This document shows, in pieces, positions 1 through 11,851 of a stretch of DNA of 64,000 bases. Where the stretch lies: positions 1 to 64,000 of the forward strand of contig CAVWLW010000038.1 in NCBI GenBank assembly GCA_963755715.1, given 5' to 3'. The notes beneath the pieces were generated by a model that searched no databases, was not told the origin of the DNA, and worked only from the letters and a program-made list of their open reading frames with translations. The position numbers were made by a program, and so were the translations under genes. Each line of letters begins with the position of its first letter. Within the stretch, counting starts at the first letter, position 1. The DNA is from an uncultured delta proteobacterium (GTDB taxonomy: Bacteria; Desulfobacterota; Binatia; UBA9968).

Positions 1-360
1 GCAATGGGTAAACGGATTGCGCCACAGGGCGCTTTTGATGATGCAATCGGCGCGCTTTACAAACGCCATAAGAAAGACAATATCGATCAGCGTGGGGTGA
101 TTGGCGAGAATCAACAGGCCGCGCCGTTCGAGTCTTTCCAATCCCTTGATTTCGTATCGGAACACGCCCATCGCTCGCATGGATCGGACGATGCAGTGAA
201 ACGTAAAGCCGATTAGGTCGCGGGCCACCTCCGTGCGCAGCTGGCGGCGACGAATGAAAACATTGATCAAAGGAAAAACCAAAACGCCGCCGACCCCGAC
301 GGCGAGAAAACCCAGGCTGGTGCCAAAAACACGCCAATAGGGAAGAACTCTACGCAGCAT
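1..360 (-). CDS. Lysophospholipid acyltransferase (ApeD-like), runs off the left window edge
   Basis: Not in the ORF track; manual translation from ATG at 360 gives MLRRVLPYWRVFGTSLG...LILANHPTLIDIVFLMAFV with the NHxxxxD motif; overlaps the stop of the upstream chain-length-factor gene. Confidence 0.85.
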   Translation of the reverse strand, partial: MLRRVLPYWRVFGTSLGFLAVGVGGVLVFPLINVFIRRRQLRTEVARDLIGFTFHCIVRSMRAMGVFRYEIKGLERLERRGLLILANHPTLIDIVFLMAFVKRADCIIKSALWRNPFTHC

Positions 361-1093
361 GACGGGTCCAAAGCCAACGGCGCCGGTCGCAGGTACGCTC
401 CAAAGCCGCGTCTTTACGTAAGTGAAAACGCAAGATTTCCAAGCCCGCCGGCAAGCCGTCCTGTTGGTGAGAAGGAATATCTTCGGTCGCACGCCAACTG
501 AGCGAATAGAGCTCGTCGGCGGGCGGCCGCATTAACCAAGCCCAAGCGTATGGCTGTTCATGGCAATCTTGAAATGTGGCGTAAATCTTTGGCAACGGGC
601 AGTCATAGACAACCAACAGAACTTCCGACTCGGCCTCGGCAAGTAACCCGCAAGCTTCGATCACCGCATGTTCGACGCTGCTCTTACCCGCTGCAAGAGC
701 GGTACTGCTGGCATGGTCAAGCCGGGCAATCGAAAAAAGACCCGCCGCGGCATTATGAACCGATAGACCGAAGGACGTCGGAGAAAGCGGTACGCCATTG
801 GCGAGATCCAATAAAAGATCGACTGAGCGCGCCGCTTCGCCATGGCGCGAGCAAAATACCGTCGGCACATCGATTCTTTTGCCCAAGCATTGATAGGCGA
901 CTTCGAGGGCCATCTTGCTGAGGAAGCCGGTGCGCCGGCGCAACATGGGAGCCATCGCTTGAAGCGCGGGCTCTCGATCTCCGACAAACGAAAAATCGCG
1001 ATTGGCCCAAGTCAGCCAGGCCTCTCGGGTCTCGACTCCGGGAGCCCATGCTGCAGAGGATACGATTGAAAATTTAATTCCGTCGTCGGTCAC
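350..1093 (-). CDS. Beta-ketoacyl synthase chain length factor (aryl polyene ApeC-like)
   Basis: PMLRRR, SRHGE and SPTSFGLSVHNAAAG motifs typical of Ketoacyl-synt_2 proteins; followed by an acyltransferase as in ape clusters. Confidence 0.85.
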   Translation of the reverse strand: MTDDGIKFSIVSSAAWAPGVETREAWLTWANRDFSFVGDREPALQAMAPMLRRRTGFLSKMALEVAYQCLGKRIDVPTVFCSRHGEAARSVDLLLDLANGVPLSPTSFGLSVHNAAAGLFSIARLDHASSTALAAGKSSVEHAVIEACGLLAEAESEVLLVVYDCPLPKIYATFQDCHEQPYAWAWLMRPPADELYSLSWRATEDIPSHQQDGLPAGLEILRFHLRKDAALERTCDRRRWLWTRHAA

Positions 1094-1159
1094 GATGATC
1101 GGATGTCTCTTTGGTTTAGCGGTGTTACTTAAGCTGCAACTACGTATGAGGGAAGAGTC

Positions 1160-1550
1160 ATGACAGGGCCGGTCAGTCTAATATCTATGATTTTGATTAG
1201 CATCTTCCTTTCTGGTTGGTGCCGCAACCTCCAATCATTAGGCACTCAAAGATACGAGATCGAAGCTTGAAAGAGATCAAGGCGTTTTTATCTCCACACC
1301 AAAAAATGGTTTGGTACGGCAAGACTGAATACAAGAATTCCGGAAAGATGACGGCAACGCAATAAAGGCCGCATTCTCTAAATTTTCGAATACTATCTAT
1401 ATATCAGAAAACTGTACGGGCGGGAATGTTTTGATATGTCATATCAACGGAAAGTGCATTTATTACCTGGAGCGAGAAATCCTACATTGTAGGCCGAGCC
1501 ACAGAGGTCTGGCATACCGGATAAAATAGAAATAAAAATTTCTACAATTG
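1160..1550 (+). pseudogene. Degraded DUF4823-like lipoprotein pseudogene
   Basis: Fragments across frames read MTGPVSLISMILISIFLSG(C), GVFISTPKNG/WYGKTEYKNSGKMTA, AIKAAFSKF, EILH, RATE, SGIPDKIEIKIS, with several frameshifts and stops; AT-rich. Family assignment is from motif recall. Confidence 0.65.
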
Positions 1551-1668
1551 CTAAGCTCAAGACCGAGATTGCTGCCCGTCAATCACTACGTAGGACTGCT
1601 ATATAGAGTGTTTCTAAAACGTGGGCACTTCGCACGCGCTGCTCAGTTCAGGTAAACTGCGCTCATAA

Positions 1669-2019
1669 TCATTCGCCGTAATCGCGCGCAACCTGCGACG
1701 GTCGCACGATCCAGGACCCGGTGCATGAGCGCCGCGCTGTCTCGCCAATATCTCTTCCATTCGTGCCGCCGTCGTAGGCGCCTTCAACGCCGAACGTCGC
1801 GACGTAGGGGACTGCGGCAGTCACTTGAGTTCCAACGCAGGTCACGGTCTTCACTACTAAAAGAGGTGGAGTCAAAAGGATGCTTCCAAGAATACTGAAG
1901 AAGCCGGGTCTTCTCTGTGGAGGGGCGTCCGCTTCTTGAGCTACGCTAGGATTTGCCGGGAGCAATAAACCAGCAGCTAAAAGGGCAATACCCATAAGCA
2001 CGGACAATGGTTTCTTCAT
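1669..2019 (-). CDS. Hypothetical secreted/membrane protein
   Basis: AGGAGG RBS before ATG at 2019; signal-peptide-like N-terminus MKKPLSVLMGIALLAAGLLLPANPSVA. Confidence 0.7.
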   Translation of the reverse strand: MKKPLSVLMGIALLAAGLLLPANPSVAQEADAPPQRRPGFFSILGSILLTPPLLVVKTVTCVGTQVTAAVPYVATFGVEGAYDGGTNGRDIGETARRSCTGSWIVRPSQVARDYGE

Positions 2020-2202
2020 GGAGTTCCTCCTGTCTGATCTTAGAAGGGAATTTGACCCTATCAACTCATCGATGTCAAGCACAATCGGTGGCCTGGGTTG
2101 CCACGACGCTGCGGATGGTTGACCGTTTGGTCACTCGAACCGCTGAGTTTGCACTCGGGCGAGCCGATAGCTGACCTCCATCAAGTTGCCAAATATGGAC
2201 AA

Positions 2203-2943
2203 CTAGCCACAATGGCTCCGCCACTTGCCTGCCTGCACGGCATCCTTTAGGCTGACTGCTCCCGCGTAGAGCGCCCGCCCGAGGATCACCGCTTCGACCC
2301 CTTCTTTTTCCAGCGGCAGGAGATTGCGGATATCTTCGAGAGTCGCCACGCCACCAGAGGCGATAATAGGAATGTTTACCGCGCGGGCGATCTTCAATGT
2401 CTCTTCGACATTTACTCCTTCGCGCGTGCCGTCGCGGCTGATATCGGTATAGATAATACGCGCGGCACCGTCTTGTTCGCAGCGTTTGGCCAATTCGACG
2501 GCGTCCATCGCCGTCGTCTCCATCCAGCCTTTGACGGCGACCTTTCCGTGGCGCGCGTCGATCCCGACGACGATCTTACCGGGAAATTGTCTGCACAGCG
2601 CGCGGAGAACCTCTGCGTTGTCGTAGGCGGCGGTGCCGATGACGACCCGAGCCACACCCAGATTTAGCGCTGCTTCCACCGCATCGATCGATCTCAATCC
2701 GCCGCCGAGCTCGACGGATAATCCCGGCAGTTGGCAAATCGCCGCCACTTCTTTGATGTGCACCGGCCGACCTTCGACCGCACCGTTCAAATCAACGATG
2801 TGGAGAAACGTAGCGCCTTCACTCATCCAATGTTTGGCTGCCTCGAGCGGATTGTCGAAGTAGACGGTCTCTTTGTCCATTTCGCCCTGAAACAGACGCA
2901 CGCAGCGGCCGTCTTTGAGATCGATGGCGGGAATGATCAGCAT
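2203..2943 (-). CDS. hisA: HisA (ProFAR isomerase)
   Basis: MLIIPAIDLKDGRCVRLFQG, HIVDLNGA, GGGLRS, YTDISRDG, ASGGV. Confidence 0.97.
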   Translation of the reverse strand: MLIIPAIDLKDGRCVRLFQGEMDKETVYFDNPLEAAKHWMSEGATFLHIVDLNGAVEGRPVHIKEVAAICQLPGLSVELGGGLRSIDAVEAALNLGVARVVIGTAAYDNAEVLRALCRQFPGKIVVGIDARHGKVAVKGWMETTAMDAVELAKRCEQDGAARIIYTDISRDGTREGVNVEETLKIARAVNIPIIASGGVATLEDIRNLLPLEKEGVEAVILGRALYAGAVSLKDAVQAGKWRSHCG

Positions 2944-2948
2944 AAGAC

Positions 2949-3040
2949 AATGGCAAATGAAAAATGGCAAATGAAAAATTTTAGATGGCGCTCCGAGTGG
3001 CGTCCGATCTTTTTCAATTCTCCATTATCCATGATCAATT
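2949..3040. repeat. Inverted degenerate heptamer tandem arrays
   Basis: Left arm aatggca-aatgaaa-aatggca-aatgaaa (2949-2976); right arm ttcaatt-ctccatt-atccatg-atcaatt (3013-3040). Confidence 0.8.
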
Positions 3041-3652
3041 GTTTTGCACGAAGCGGCCGAAGTTGGCGAGAATGCGCAAACCCAACTCCTGGCTTTTTTC
3101 CGGGTGAAACTGGCAAGCAAAGAGTCGATCCGTCGCGATGCTGGAGACGAACGAACTACCGTAATCCGTGGTCGTAGCGATGATCGAGCTGTCATCCGGG
3201 ACAACGTAAAACGAGTGCACGAAGTAAACGTAATCACCGCTCGCTATCCCTTCGAGAAACGGCGAGTCGCTTTTCTTGTCGATGCGGTTCCAACCCATGT
3301 GCGGAACTTTGAGATTTTCATTGGCATGAAAGCCAACGACTTTTCCAGAAAAAAGATCGAGGCCTTTCTGTTTGCCGAACTCTTCGCTCTCGGAAAATAA
3401 CAGTTGAAAGCCCAGACAGATGCCGAGAAACGGTTTTTTCTGCCGGACGATCTCGCGGATCGGTTCGACAAGCCCGAACTTGGCCAAATTTTCCATGCAC
3501 GCGCTGAAAGCGCCGACTCCCGGCAAGACGACGCCGCGCGCGGCTTGAATCTGGCTCACGTCGCGGGTAACCACCGCATCAAAGCCGACGCGCTCGAGCC
3601 CCTTCTGCACGCTGCGCAGATTGCCCATCCCGTAATCGATAATCGCAATCAT
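3035..3652 (-). CDS. hisH: Imidazole glycerol phosphate synthase glutaminase subunit
   Basis: MIAIIDYGMGNLRSV, LPGVGAF, GICLG, VPHMGWN, QFHPEKS. Confidence 0.97.
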   Translation of the reverse strand: MIAIIDYGMGNLRSVQKGLERVGFDAVVTRDVSQIQAARGVVLPGVGAFSACMENLAKFGLVEPIREIVRQKKPFLGICLGFQLLFSESEEFGKQKGLDLFSGKVVGFHANENLKVPHMGWNRIDKKSDSPFLEGIASGDYVYFVHSFYVVPDDSSIIATTTDYGSSFVSSIATDRLFACQFHPEKSQELGLRILANFGRFVQNN

Positions 3653-3684
3653 GTTCCAACGATTGGGACGTCTTGAACGCCTTT

Positions 3685-4272
3685 CTAGAGGCTCCCCTTC
3701 GTCGATAGCACACCCTGCACCCGCGGGTCGACCTGCGTGGCGAAATCCATCGCGCGGGCGAAAGCTTTGAAGCACGCTTCGATAATATGATGTGGATTCT
3801 CCCCACGCGGCACGTCGATGTGCAGATTCATGCCCAGCTGATTGGCAAAGGCGGCAAAAAACTCGTGCGGCAAATCCGTATCGAAATCTCCGACCCGTCC
3901 AGGACGAATCTTGACGTTGTAGAGAAGATAGGGCCGGCCGCTCAAATCGACGACTACTTTCGCAAGCGCTTCATCGAGCGGACAACTCGCCTCACCGAAG
4001 CGGCGGATGCCATGCTTGTCGCCCAGCGCGTCTTTGAACGCTTGCCCCAGCGCCAAGCCGACGTCTTCAACCGTATGATGGTAGTCGACTTCGAGATCGC
4101 CTTTGGCTTGGATTTGGATGTTGAAAAAGCCGTGGCGGCTAAAGGCATCGAGCATGTGATTGAAAAACGGCATGCCGGTTTCAATGGCCGCTTGTCCTGC
4201 GCCGTCGACGTCCAACGACACTTTGATATCGGTCTCTTTGGTTTTCCGCTCGACTTTTGCTGTACGTCCCAT
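3685..4272 (-). CDS. hisB: Imidazoleglycerol-phosphate dehydratase
   Basis: [34 protein letters not shown]. Confidence 0.97.
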   Translation of the reverse strand: MGRTAKVERKTKETDIKVSLDVDGAGQAAIETGMPFFNHMLDAFSRHGFFNIQIQAKGDLEVDYHHTVEDVGLALGQAFKDALGDKHGIRRFGEASCPLDEALAKVVVDLSGRPYLLYNVKIRPGRVGDFDTDLPHEFFAAFANQLGMNLHIDVPRGENPHHIIEACFKAFARAMDFATQVDPRVQGVLSTKGSL

Positions 4273-4332
4273 GGTTATCTCCCGTGCGTAACTCGGATTC
4301 GCGTTGATAGCGCCGACGAAGCAACGTTTCTT

Positions 4333-4356
4333 AACTCGAAACTCGCAACCAGAAAA

Positions 4357-4366
<10 letters not shown>
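4333..4366. repeat. Degenerate heptamer tandem array (single arm)
   Basis: aactcga-aactcgc-aaccaga-aaactag-aaactt; contains the hisD stop codon. Confidence 0.65.
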
Positions 4367-5652
<1,286 letters not shown>

Positions 5653-5700
5653 TAATACTTACTCGCTCGGCTTCTTGGCACCTTGAACTTTGAGTCCGTC

Positions 5701-6969
5701 CTAGCCCTTCACCCGCACGATTTGCGCACCCAACAGCGAAAGCTTGTTTTCGATTCTCTCGTAGCCGCGGTCCAAATGATAAACGCGCGAGACCTCGGTT
5801 GTGCCCTTCGCCACTAAACCGGCGAGAATCAAGGCGATGCTCGCGCGTAAATCGCTCGCCATCACGGGCGCGCCGGACAATTCGTGCACGCCGCGCACGA
5901 TCGCACGGTTACCTTCCAATTTTATTTGCGCGCCCATACGGTCCAGCTCCTGCGCATGCATGAAACGATTTTCGAAAATCGTTTCGGTCATAACGCTGAC
6001 GCCGTCGGCGACCGCCATGAGCACCATTAACTGCGCCTGCAGATCGGTGGGAAAGCCGGGGTAGGGCAACGTGGTCACATCGACGCTCTTGATACTGCCG
6101 TTGCGCCGCACACGGATGCCGCTCTCATCGGCCGAAAGCGTCACCCCAGCCTCATCGAGCTTGATCAGGAAAGCGTCGAGATGTGCGGCGCGTGCGCGCT
6201 TAACTAACACCTCGCCGCCCGTAAGCGCGGCGGCGATAACAAAGCTGCCCGCTTCAATCCGGTCGGGAATAATGCGATGGGTGACACCGTGTAATTCTTT
6301 CACGCCTTCGATGTGAACGATGTCGCCGCCGGCGCCGTGCACTTGACCACCCATGCCGTTGAGCGCGTTCGCCAAATCTTCAATCTCGGGTTCCTTGGCG
6401 GCGTTCTCAAGGATCGTCGTGCCGTCGGCAAGAGCCGCCGCCATCATCAAATTTTCGGTTGCCCCGACGGAAGGCAGATCGAGGTAAATTTTCGCGCCGT
6501 GTAATTTCTTTGCCTTGGCTTCGATGTAGCCATGGGTTTGTTCGATCGTTGCGCCGAGGGCTTCGAGCCCCTTCAAGTGAAGATTGATCGGGCGTGCGCC
6601 GATCGCGCAGCCGCCCGGGGTGGAAACACGCGCCGTGCCAAAGCGCGCTACGAGCGGGCCCAAGACCAAAAACGACGCGCGCATGGTCTTGACCAGATCA
6701 TACGGCGCTTCGAAATTCGTGATGTGCTTGGCGCAAAGCGTTAGATCGTCGGCGCCCGCGAGCCAGCGCTGATTGTCGCTCTGATCACCCAGGCCTGAAA
6801 GCAGCTTGAGCGTCGTGCGAATGTCCGCGAGATGCGGCACGCCTTGGTACGTGCACGGCTCGGCGGTCAAAAGCGAGGAGATCAATATCGGCAGCGCGGC
6901 GTTTTTTGCGCCGCTCACCGCGATGGCTCCCGCGAGGCTTTTGCCGCCTTGAACGATAATCGTGTCCAT
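5701..6969 (-). CDS. murA: UDP-N-acetylglucosamine 1-carboxyvinyltransferase
   Basis: [36 protein letters not shown]. Confidence 0.98.
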   Translation of the reverse strand: MDTIIVQGGKSLAGAIAVSGAKNAALPILISSLLTAEPCTYQGVPHLADIRTTLKLLSGLGDQSDNQRWLAGADDLTLCAKHITNFEAPYDLVKTMRASFLVLGPLVARFGTARVSTPGGCAIGARPINLHLKGLEALGATIEQTHGYIEAKAKKLHGAKIYLDLPSVGATENLMMAAALADGTTILENAAKEPEIEDLANALNGMGGQVHGAGGDIVHIEGVKELHGVTHRIIPDRIEAGSFVIAAALTGGEVLVKRARAAHLDAFLIKLDEAGVTLSADESGIRVRRNGSIKSVDVTTLPYPGFPTDLQAQLMVLMAVADGVSVMTETIFENRFMHAQELDRMGAQIKLEGNRAIVRGVHELSGAPVMASDLRASIALILAGLVAKGTTEVSRVYHLDRGYERIENKLSLLGAQIVRVKG

Positions 6970-6987
6970 GCGCGAATACTCTCAAAC

Positions 6988-7899
6988 TTAGTTTTCTAGC
7001 GATGCGCGATGACGCGCCATGACGATACGATCTTGGCCGCTGTAATCCTGATCGATCGTTGCATCGACACAAGCCGCGGCGTCTGCGAACAGTGCCCTAA
7101 CCGAGACGCCCATGTCAGCGCCGATCTCGACGATAACGGCGCCATTCGGGAGCAAGTATTCCATCGCTACTGCAGCCAGTCGGCGATAATAGTCGAGACC
7201 GTCGGGACCGCCGTCCAACGCGCCGTGGGGTTCCCATCGACTCACTGTCGGTGCCAGCTCGGCAATCTCGCCACGGCGGATATAGGGCGGATTGGAGGAA
7301 ATCAAATGGAATTTAGCTCCGACCTTCCGGATCGCTTCGAAGAGATCGCCTTGCAAAAAATGAATTTGACCCGCCACGCCGTGCATCGCCGCATTTTGCC
7401 GCGCCACTATCAGGGCGGCGTAAGAGATGTCGGTTGCGAAAATCTCGGCTTTCGGCAGTTCGCCCGCTAGAGCGATCGCGATCGCGCCGCTGCCGGTACC
7501 GAGATCGAGAATCCGCAGCGGCTCGTGCCAGCCTGCTGCTAGCTTCAACGCGATCTCGACCAAACATTCGGTTTCCGGACGCGGGATTAGTACATCGGGC
7601 GTGACGCAAAAATTCTTCGACCAGAATTCTTGTCGCCCGGTAATATACGCCGTCGGCTCGGCATCGAGCCGGCGCAACAAAATACTTTCGTAGCTTTGCC
7701 ATTGTTCTTGGCTCAGCGGCATGCTCGCGCCGATCACGAGTTGTTCGCGGCTCATGCCGAGAACGTGGCCGAGCAGCAGCTCGGCATCGAGTCGGCCCGA
7801 TTCGATTCCAGCGGCGAGCAAACGGCGCGCCCCGGTAAGCAAAACCTGCGAAACCCGACGCGGCATTGCGTTATTCGCCGGCGTTGTCTGATTTTCCAT
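6988..7899 (-). CDS. prmC: Release factor glutamine methyltransferase
   Basis: [25 protein letters not shown]; follows prfA. Confidence 0.96.
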   Translation of the reverse strand: MENQTTPANNAMPRRVSQVLLTGARRLLAAGIESGRLDAELLLGHVLGMSREQLVIGASMPLSQEQWQSYESILLRRLDAEPTAYITGRQEFWSKNFCVTPDVLIPRPETECLVEIALKLAAGWHEPLRILDLGTGSGAIAIALAGELPKAEIFATDISYAALIVARQNAAMHGVAGQIHFLQGDLFEAIRKVGAKFHLISSNPPYIRRGEIAELAPTVSRWEPHGALDGGPDGLDYYRRLAAVAMEYLLPNGAVIVEIGADMGVSVRALFADAAACVDATIDQDYSGQDRIVMARHRASLEN

Positions 7900-8975
7900 C
7901 CTGCTCCGGCTTGCCGGTCGCCTTGAGCACTTCGGCTTGATAGTGCGTAATCAGCGCGTCGATGACTTCGTCGAGCTCACCCTCCATAACGCGGTCCAAC
8001 TTGTAAAGCGTGAAATTGATCCGATGATCGGTCAACCGCCCCTGAGGAAAATTATAGGTGCGGATGCGCTCGCTGCGGTCGCCGCTGCCAACCATCAATT
8101 TGCGCGTTGCGGCGATCTCCGAGCGCTGCTCTTCCTGTTTTTTCTCCAGCAATCGCGCGCGCAGGATTTTCATGCCCTTGGCGCGATTCTTGTGCTGCGA
8201 TTTTTCGTCTTGGCAAGATATCACGATTCCTGTCGGGATGTGCGTGATGCGCACCGCCGAATCGGTCGTATTGACGCTCTGACCGCCCGGCCCCGATGAG
8301 CGGAACACGTCGATTCTGATTTCTTTTGGATCGATCGCGATTTCCACTTCGTCCGCTTCCGCCAATACGGCGACGGTCACTGCGGAGGTGTGAATACGCC
8401 CGGACCCTTCGGTCACGGGAACGCGCTGCACGCGGTGCACGCCGCCCTCGAACTTGAGCCGCGAGTAAGCGCCCTGACCCTCGATGCTTATGATGATTTC
8501 TTTATAACCGCCGAGGCCGGTCGGGTTGGAGCTCATCATTTCGACGCGCCAGCGGCGCGATTCGGCATAACGCGAATACATGCGAAAAAGCTCGGCGGCG
8601 AACAGGGCCGCCTCGTCGCCGCCCGTGCCGGCGCGAATTTCCACGATGACGTTGCGCGCATCGTTGGGATCTTTCGGCAAGATTAGAATCTTCAATCGCT
8701 CTTCGAGAGCTTCTTTGCGCTCGCGCAAGACCGACCAACTCCTCCTTGGCCAGATCGCGAATGCCCTCATCGGCTTCTTCCAAAAGTTGCCGGTTGTCGT
8801 GCGTCTCGCGCTCGACTTTACGCCATTCGCGATAACAGGAAACGATCTCCTCCAGTTCAGAGCGTTCCTTGGCAAGTTTTGAATACTCCCGTTGATGGCC
8901 GAGAAGCTGAGGATCCGACATCATCCCTTCCAGCTCCACATAGCGCTTTTCAACTTCAGCTAGTTTGTCAAGCAT
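7871..8975 (-). CDS. prfA: Peptide chain release factor 1 with an apparent +1 frameshift near 8736 (likely sequence error)
   Basis: N-terminal [15 protein letters not shown]... joins the C-terminal ORF ([26 protein letters not shown]) if one G in TTG-G-TCG is removed. Confidence 0.93.
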
Positions 8976-9012
8976 GACAGCTCACAGTCAGCGTCGACGA
9001 TGGCAGAGAAAT

Positions 9013-9050
9013 AAAAAAGGGCAAAGGGATCATCGCCACCCTTTGCCCTT
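9013..9050 (-). terminator. Intrinsic terminator after rpmE
   Basis: Minus strand AAGGGCAAAGGG-loop-CCCTTTGCCCTT followed by a T tract. Confidence 0.8.
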
Positions 9051-9101
9051 ACCGTCGCCCTAGAATGCTAGTAGGTCAATTCTCGCTCGGCCGTCCCCAA
9101 C

Positions 9102-9305
9102 TCAGTTTTTCAAGCCGTATTTCTTTCTAAACTTTTCTACACGGCCGGCTGAATCGAGGAGCTTTTGTTTACCGGTGAAGAAAGGGTGGCAGTTAGAGCA
9201 AATCTCAACGTGAATATTACCGGCGGTGGAACGCGTCTCAGCGACGTAGCCGCAGGCGCAGGTAATCGTTGCGTTTTTGTATTCCGGATGGATTGCTGGC
9301 TTCAT
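9102..9305 (-). CDS. rpmE: 50S ribosomal protein L31 (Zn-binding type)
   Basis: [26 protein letters not shown]. Confidence 0.97.
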   Translation of the reverse strand: MKPAIHPEYKNATITCACGYVAETRSTAGNIHVEICSNCHPFFTGKQKLLDSAGRVEKFRKKYGLKN

Positions 9306-9326
9306 AAATTTCCTTCAAGGAAAACT

Positions 9327-9355
9327 TTTATAACATATGGGCTAAGCTGCTTCAA
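9327..9355 (-). promoter_or_regulatory. Sigma70-like promoter for rpmE
   Basis: TTGAAG-17 bp-TATAAA on the minus strand. Confidence 0.6.
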
Positions 9356-9436
9356 TCGTCGCATGTTTGGCCGCTCGGGTCCCGGAAAGAGGCGCAACCG
9401 GAAAAGCGCTCGACCGTTCAACGGCCGCGGAATAGA

Positions 9437-9465
9437 TTGCCAAAGAGCCGATTAACACCTAAAAT
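9437..9465 (+). promoter_or_regulatory. Sigma70-like promoter for the AAA ATPase gene
   Basis: TTGCCA-17 bp-TAAAAT. Confidence 0.55.
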
Positions 9466-9537
9466 GTGGCGCGATGTGTGACCCCTGTCATCGGGTTAGT
9501 TTGATGAAGCAAAAGCGCTGGAGGTTCGAATTCCGTT

Positions 9538-10821
9538 ATGAGTAAACCAGAGATCGCCGATTCGTCGAGGTCAGTTTACATTCCACCTGTGCCCTTGAAG
9601 GCCGAAAACACGCAACTGGATTATGGTTTTCTAGCCGATTTGGCGCTCAAAACGGTTTACGCCGATGCCAATTGTACGACCGAGCGCGCGGCCCAAAAGC
9701 TCAAACTATCGATGCCCGTCACGGAAGATTTATTGCAGCATCTCTATCGTGAGAAATTTATTGAAATTCGAGGACTTATCAGCTTCGGCAACAACCGCTA
9801 CGGCATGCTTGATCGGGGCTGGCAAAGGGCGCAACAGCTACTCGACATGAACGGCTATATCGGACCGGCGCCGGTGTCCTTGCCAGCCTATACCGAAATG
9901 ATGCTGCGCCAGAGCGCGGCACGCGACCCGGTCCAACCCGAGGCTGTTTCTTCGGCCATGTCGGGCTTGATTCTTCCGGAAAGCACCGTCCAGACTCTGG
10001 GCCTGGTCGCCAATTCGCGTCGCAGCCTGTTTATGACCGGCCCGTCCGGCAACGGTAAAACCACCATCGCTACGGCTTTACATGGCGCCCAACGCGGTGA
10101 AATATGGATTCCTTACGCCATTGAAGTCGATGGCCAAGTTATTAAAGTGTTCGATCTACACAGCCATCAGGCGGTGGCGCTGAACGGCGTGGAACGCTAC
10201 GACGAGCGCTGGGTCAGGATTAAACGGCCGATCGTTATCGTCGGCGGCGAAATGACGATCGAAACGATGGATTTGATATACAGCACGACGGTACGCTTTT
10301 ATGAAGCGCCTTTTCAGGTGAAATCGAATGGCGGCACGCTCGTCATTGACGATTTTGGCCGACAGCGGGTTGATCCTCATGATCTCCTGAACCGCTGGAT
10401 CGTCCCGCTTGAGGGACGCATCGACTATCTCACATTGCATACGGGCAAGAAAATCGAAGTGCCGTTCGAGCAGCTTTTGATTTTCGCCACCAATCTCGAC
10501 CCCAGTGATTTGGTTGACGATGCGTTCCTGCGCCGCATGGGCTATCGTCTCTATGTCAATGCGCCCGACAGAGAAATGTATACCACGATCTTCCAGCAAT
10601 TCGTTGAGGCCAGCGGTTTCGCATACGACCCGAAACATCTCGATTATGTCTTCCGGCTCTACGAAGCGGACAAGCGCCCCCTGCGAGGCTGCGAGCCTCG
10701 CGATTTGATCCAGCGTTGCGCCGATCTCTGTAAATACGAGCATCGCTCGCTGGAGCTTTCAAACGAGCTCTTGAATCTCGCTTGGAAAAACTACTTCGGC
10801 GCGGCACCGGCGATTCAATAA
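9538..10821 (+). CDS. Uncharacterised AAA+ family ATPase
   Basis: Walker A GPSGNGKT, Walker B LVIDDFGRQ, sensor FATN, arginine finger AFLRR. Confidence 0.85.
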   Translation: MSKPEIADSSRSVYIPPVPLKAENTQLDYGFLADLALKTVYADANCTTERAAQKLKLSMPVTEDLLQHLYREKFIEIRGLISFGNNRYGMLDRGWQRAQQLLDMNGYIGPAPVSLPAYTEMMLRQSAARDPVQPEAVSSAMSGLILPESTVQTLGLVANSRRSLFMTGPSGNGKTTIATALHGAQRGEIWIPYAIEVDGQVIKVFDLHSHQAVALNGVERYDERWVRIKRPIVIVGGEMTIETMDLIYSTTVRFYEAPFQVKSNGGTLVIDDFGRQRVDPHDLLNRWIVPLEGRIDYLTLHTGKKIEVPFEQLLIFATNLDPSDLVDDAFLRRMGYRLYVNAPDREMYTTIFQQFVEASGFAYDPKHLDYVFRLYEADKRPLRGCEPRDLIQRCADLCKYEHRSLELSNELLNLAWKNYFGAAPAIQ

Positions 10822-10853
10822 CACACCCGTCGGTCAGAATAAGGAACTCGATC

Positions 10854-11522
10854 ATGATCCATGCAGTCGGGCGGTTGCGCCGCGTCGAGCTTCTACTTCT
10901 TGCTCTATTGGCGATTTACGGTTGCTCCTCTTCGCCGGAGCTCGTCTCGGTGGAAGACAAGATTGCCAGGCTCAGACTCGGGCAAACCGGCAAGATCGAA
11001 GTAGAAAGCATCTTCGGTGTCGAGCATGGCAACGATCGCAATCGATGGGCTTACAATTTTTCCGACCGCCAGTTTGAGATTTTCGAGCGCCGGCAAGGCG
11101 CGGGGTTGGGAGCACTGCCGATCACGGCTGGCGTTATACCGATCAACACCCGAGCCCTCGTGGTGGTGACTTTTAACGAGACTGGCGTCGTTAAACGGAT
11201 TGAAGTCGCGCGCTTCTTCGACGAACCGTTCGTCAATGATTACTGGTATATCGTCAAAGAAACCGCGAAAGATCCGATGGAATCGCTTGCCTCATTGGGC
11301 GAGTCCATAGGTTTTAAGGCAGCGGGCTTAGATAGGGATGCCGGAACGTTCACCCTGGAAGATCCTAACAGCAAGGCGCGCATCGCCGTCAAATTGGACG
11401 GCCAGATTCTCCGCGTCACGTCGCGCAACCCGCACCATCGTCTCGGCAATGAATACCGCGTCTACAGTAAGCGCGAGAGTGCGTTCACCAACAGCATCGC
11501 CGAGTCAGATCTCATCCAGTAA
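10854..11522 (+). CDS. Hypothetical lipoprotein (possibly SmpA/BamE-like N-terminal region)
   Basis: Hydrophobic stretch and lipobox LLLLALLAIYGC; LRLGQTGKIEVESIFG resembles the SmpA/OmlA pattern. Confidence 0.6.
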   Translation: MIHAVGRLRRVELLLLALLAIYGCSSSPELVSVEDKIARLRLGQTGKIEVESIFGVEHGNDRNRWAYNFSDRQFEIFERRQGAGLGALPITAGVIPINTRALVVVTFNETGVVKRIEVARFFDEPFVNDYWYIVKETAKDPMESLASLGESIGFKAAGLDRDAGTFTLEDPNSKARIAVKLDGQILRVTSRNPHHRLGNEYRVYSKRESAFTNSIAESDLIQ

Positions 11523-11636
11523 GCGCGAGATTAGACAGCCACGCGCTGCATGTGCCGAGTCGCTAGCAACTACGCCCGCAGGGATCACATCACAAATTTT
11601 TTATTGAGAGAAAATTTTTCTCAGGCGGACATTTTT

Positions 11637-11712
<76 letters not shown>

Positions 11713-11753
11713 ACGACCGGAGGACTGCGTGATGAATTTTGAGTGCTGAATCA

Positions 11754-11782
11754 AAAGTAGGGAACCCGCCTGAAAAAGTCAA
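11754..11782 (-). promoter_or_regulatory. Sigma70-like promoter for tRNA-Ala
   Basis: TTGACT-17 bp-TACTTT on the minus strand. Confidence 0.55.
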
Positions 11783-11851
11783 CCGGGATCAATTTGCCGA
11801 CAAGAAGATTCGTTCACATTCGATCCTCAGCAGGCGTGACTCGGCACGGGA

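Noticed and set aside
1482-1520. GTAG REP-like hairpin
   Set aside because: Better explained as coding remnant (ILH..RATE.SGIP) of the pseudogene
8720-8750. Programmed +1 frameshift in prfA (SD-like AAGGAGGAG upstream of a CTT codon, as in prfB)
   Set aside because: No stop codon follows CTT, the gene is RF1 (PVT motif), and nine similar indels elsewhere point to sequence error
9518-9537. GGTTCGAATTCC resembling a tRNA T-loop or att site
   Set aside because: No cloverleaf, opposite strand to tRNA-Ala and no match to its 3' end; it overlaps the RBS of the ATPase
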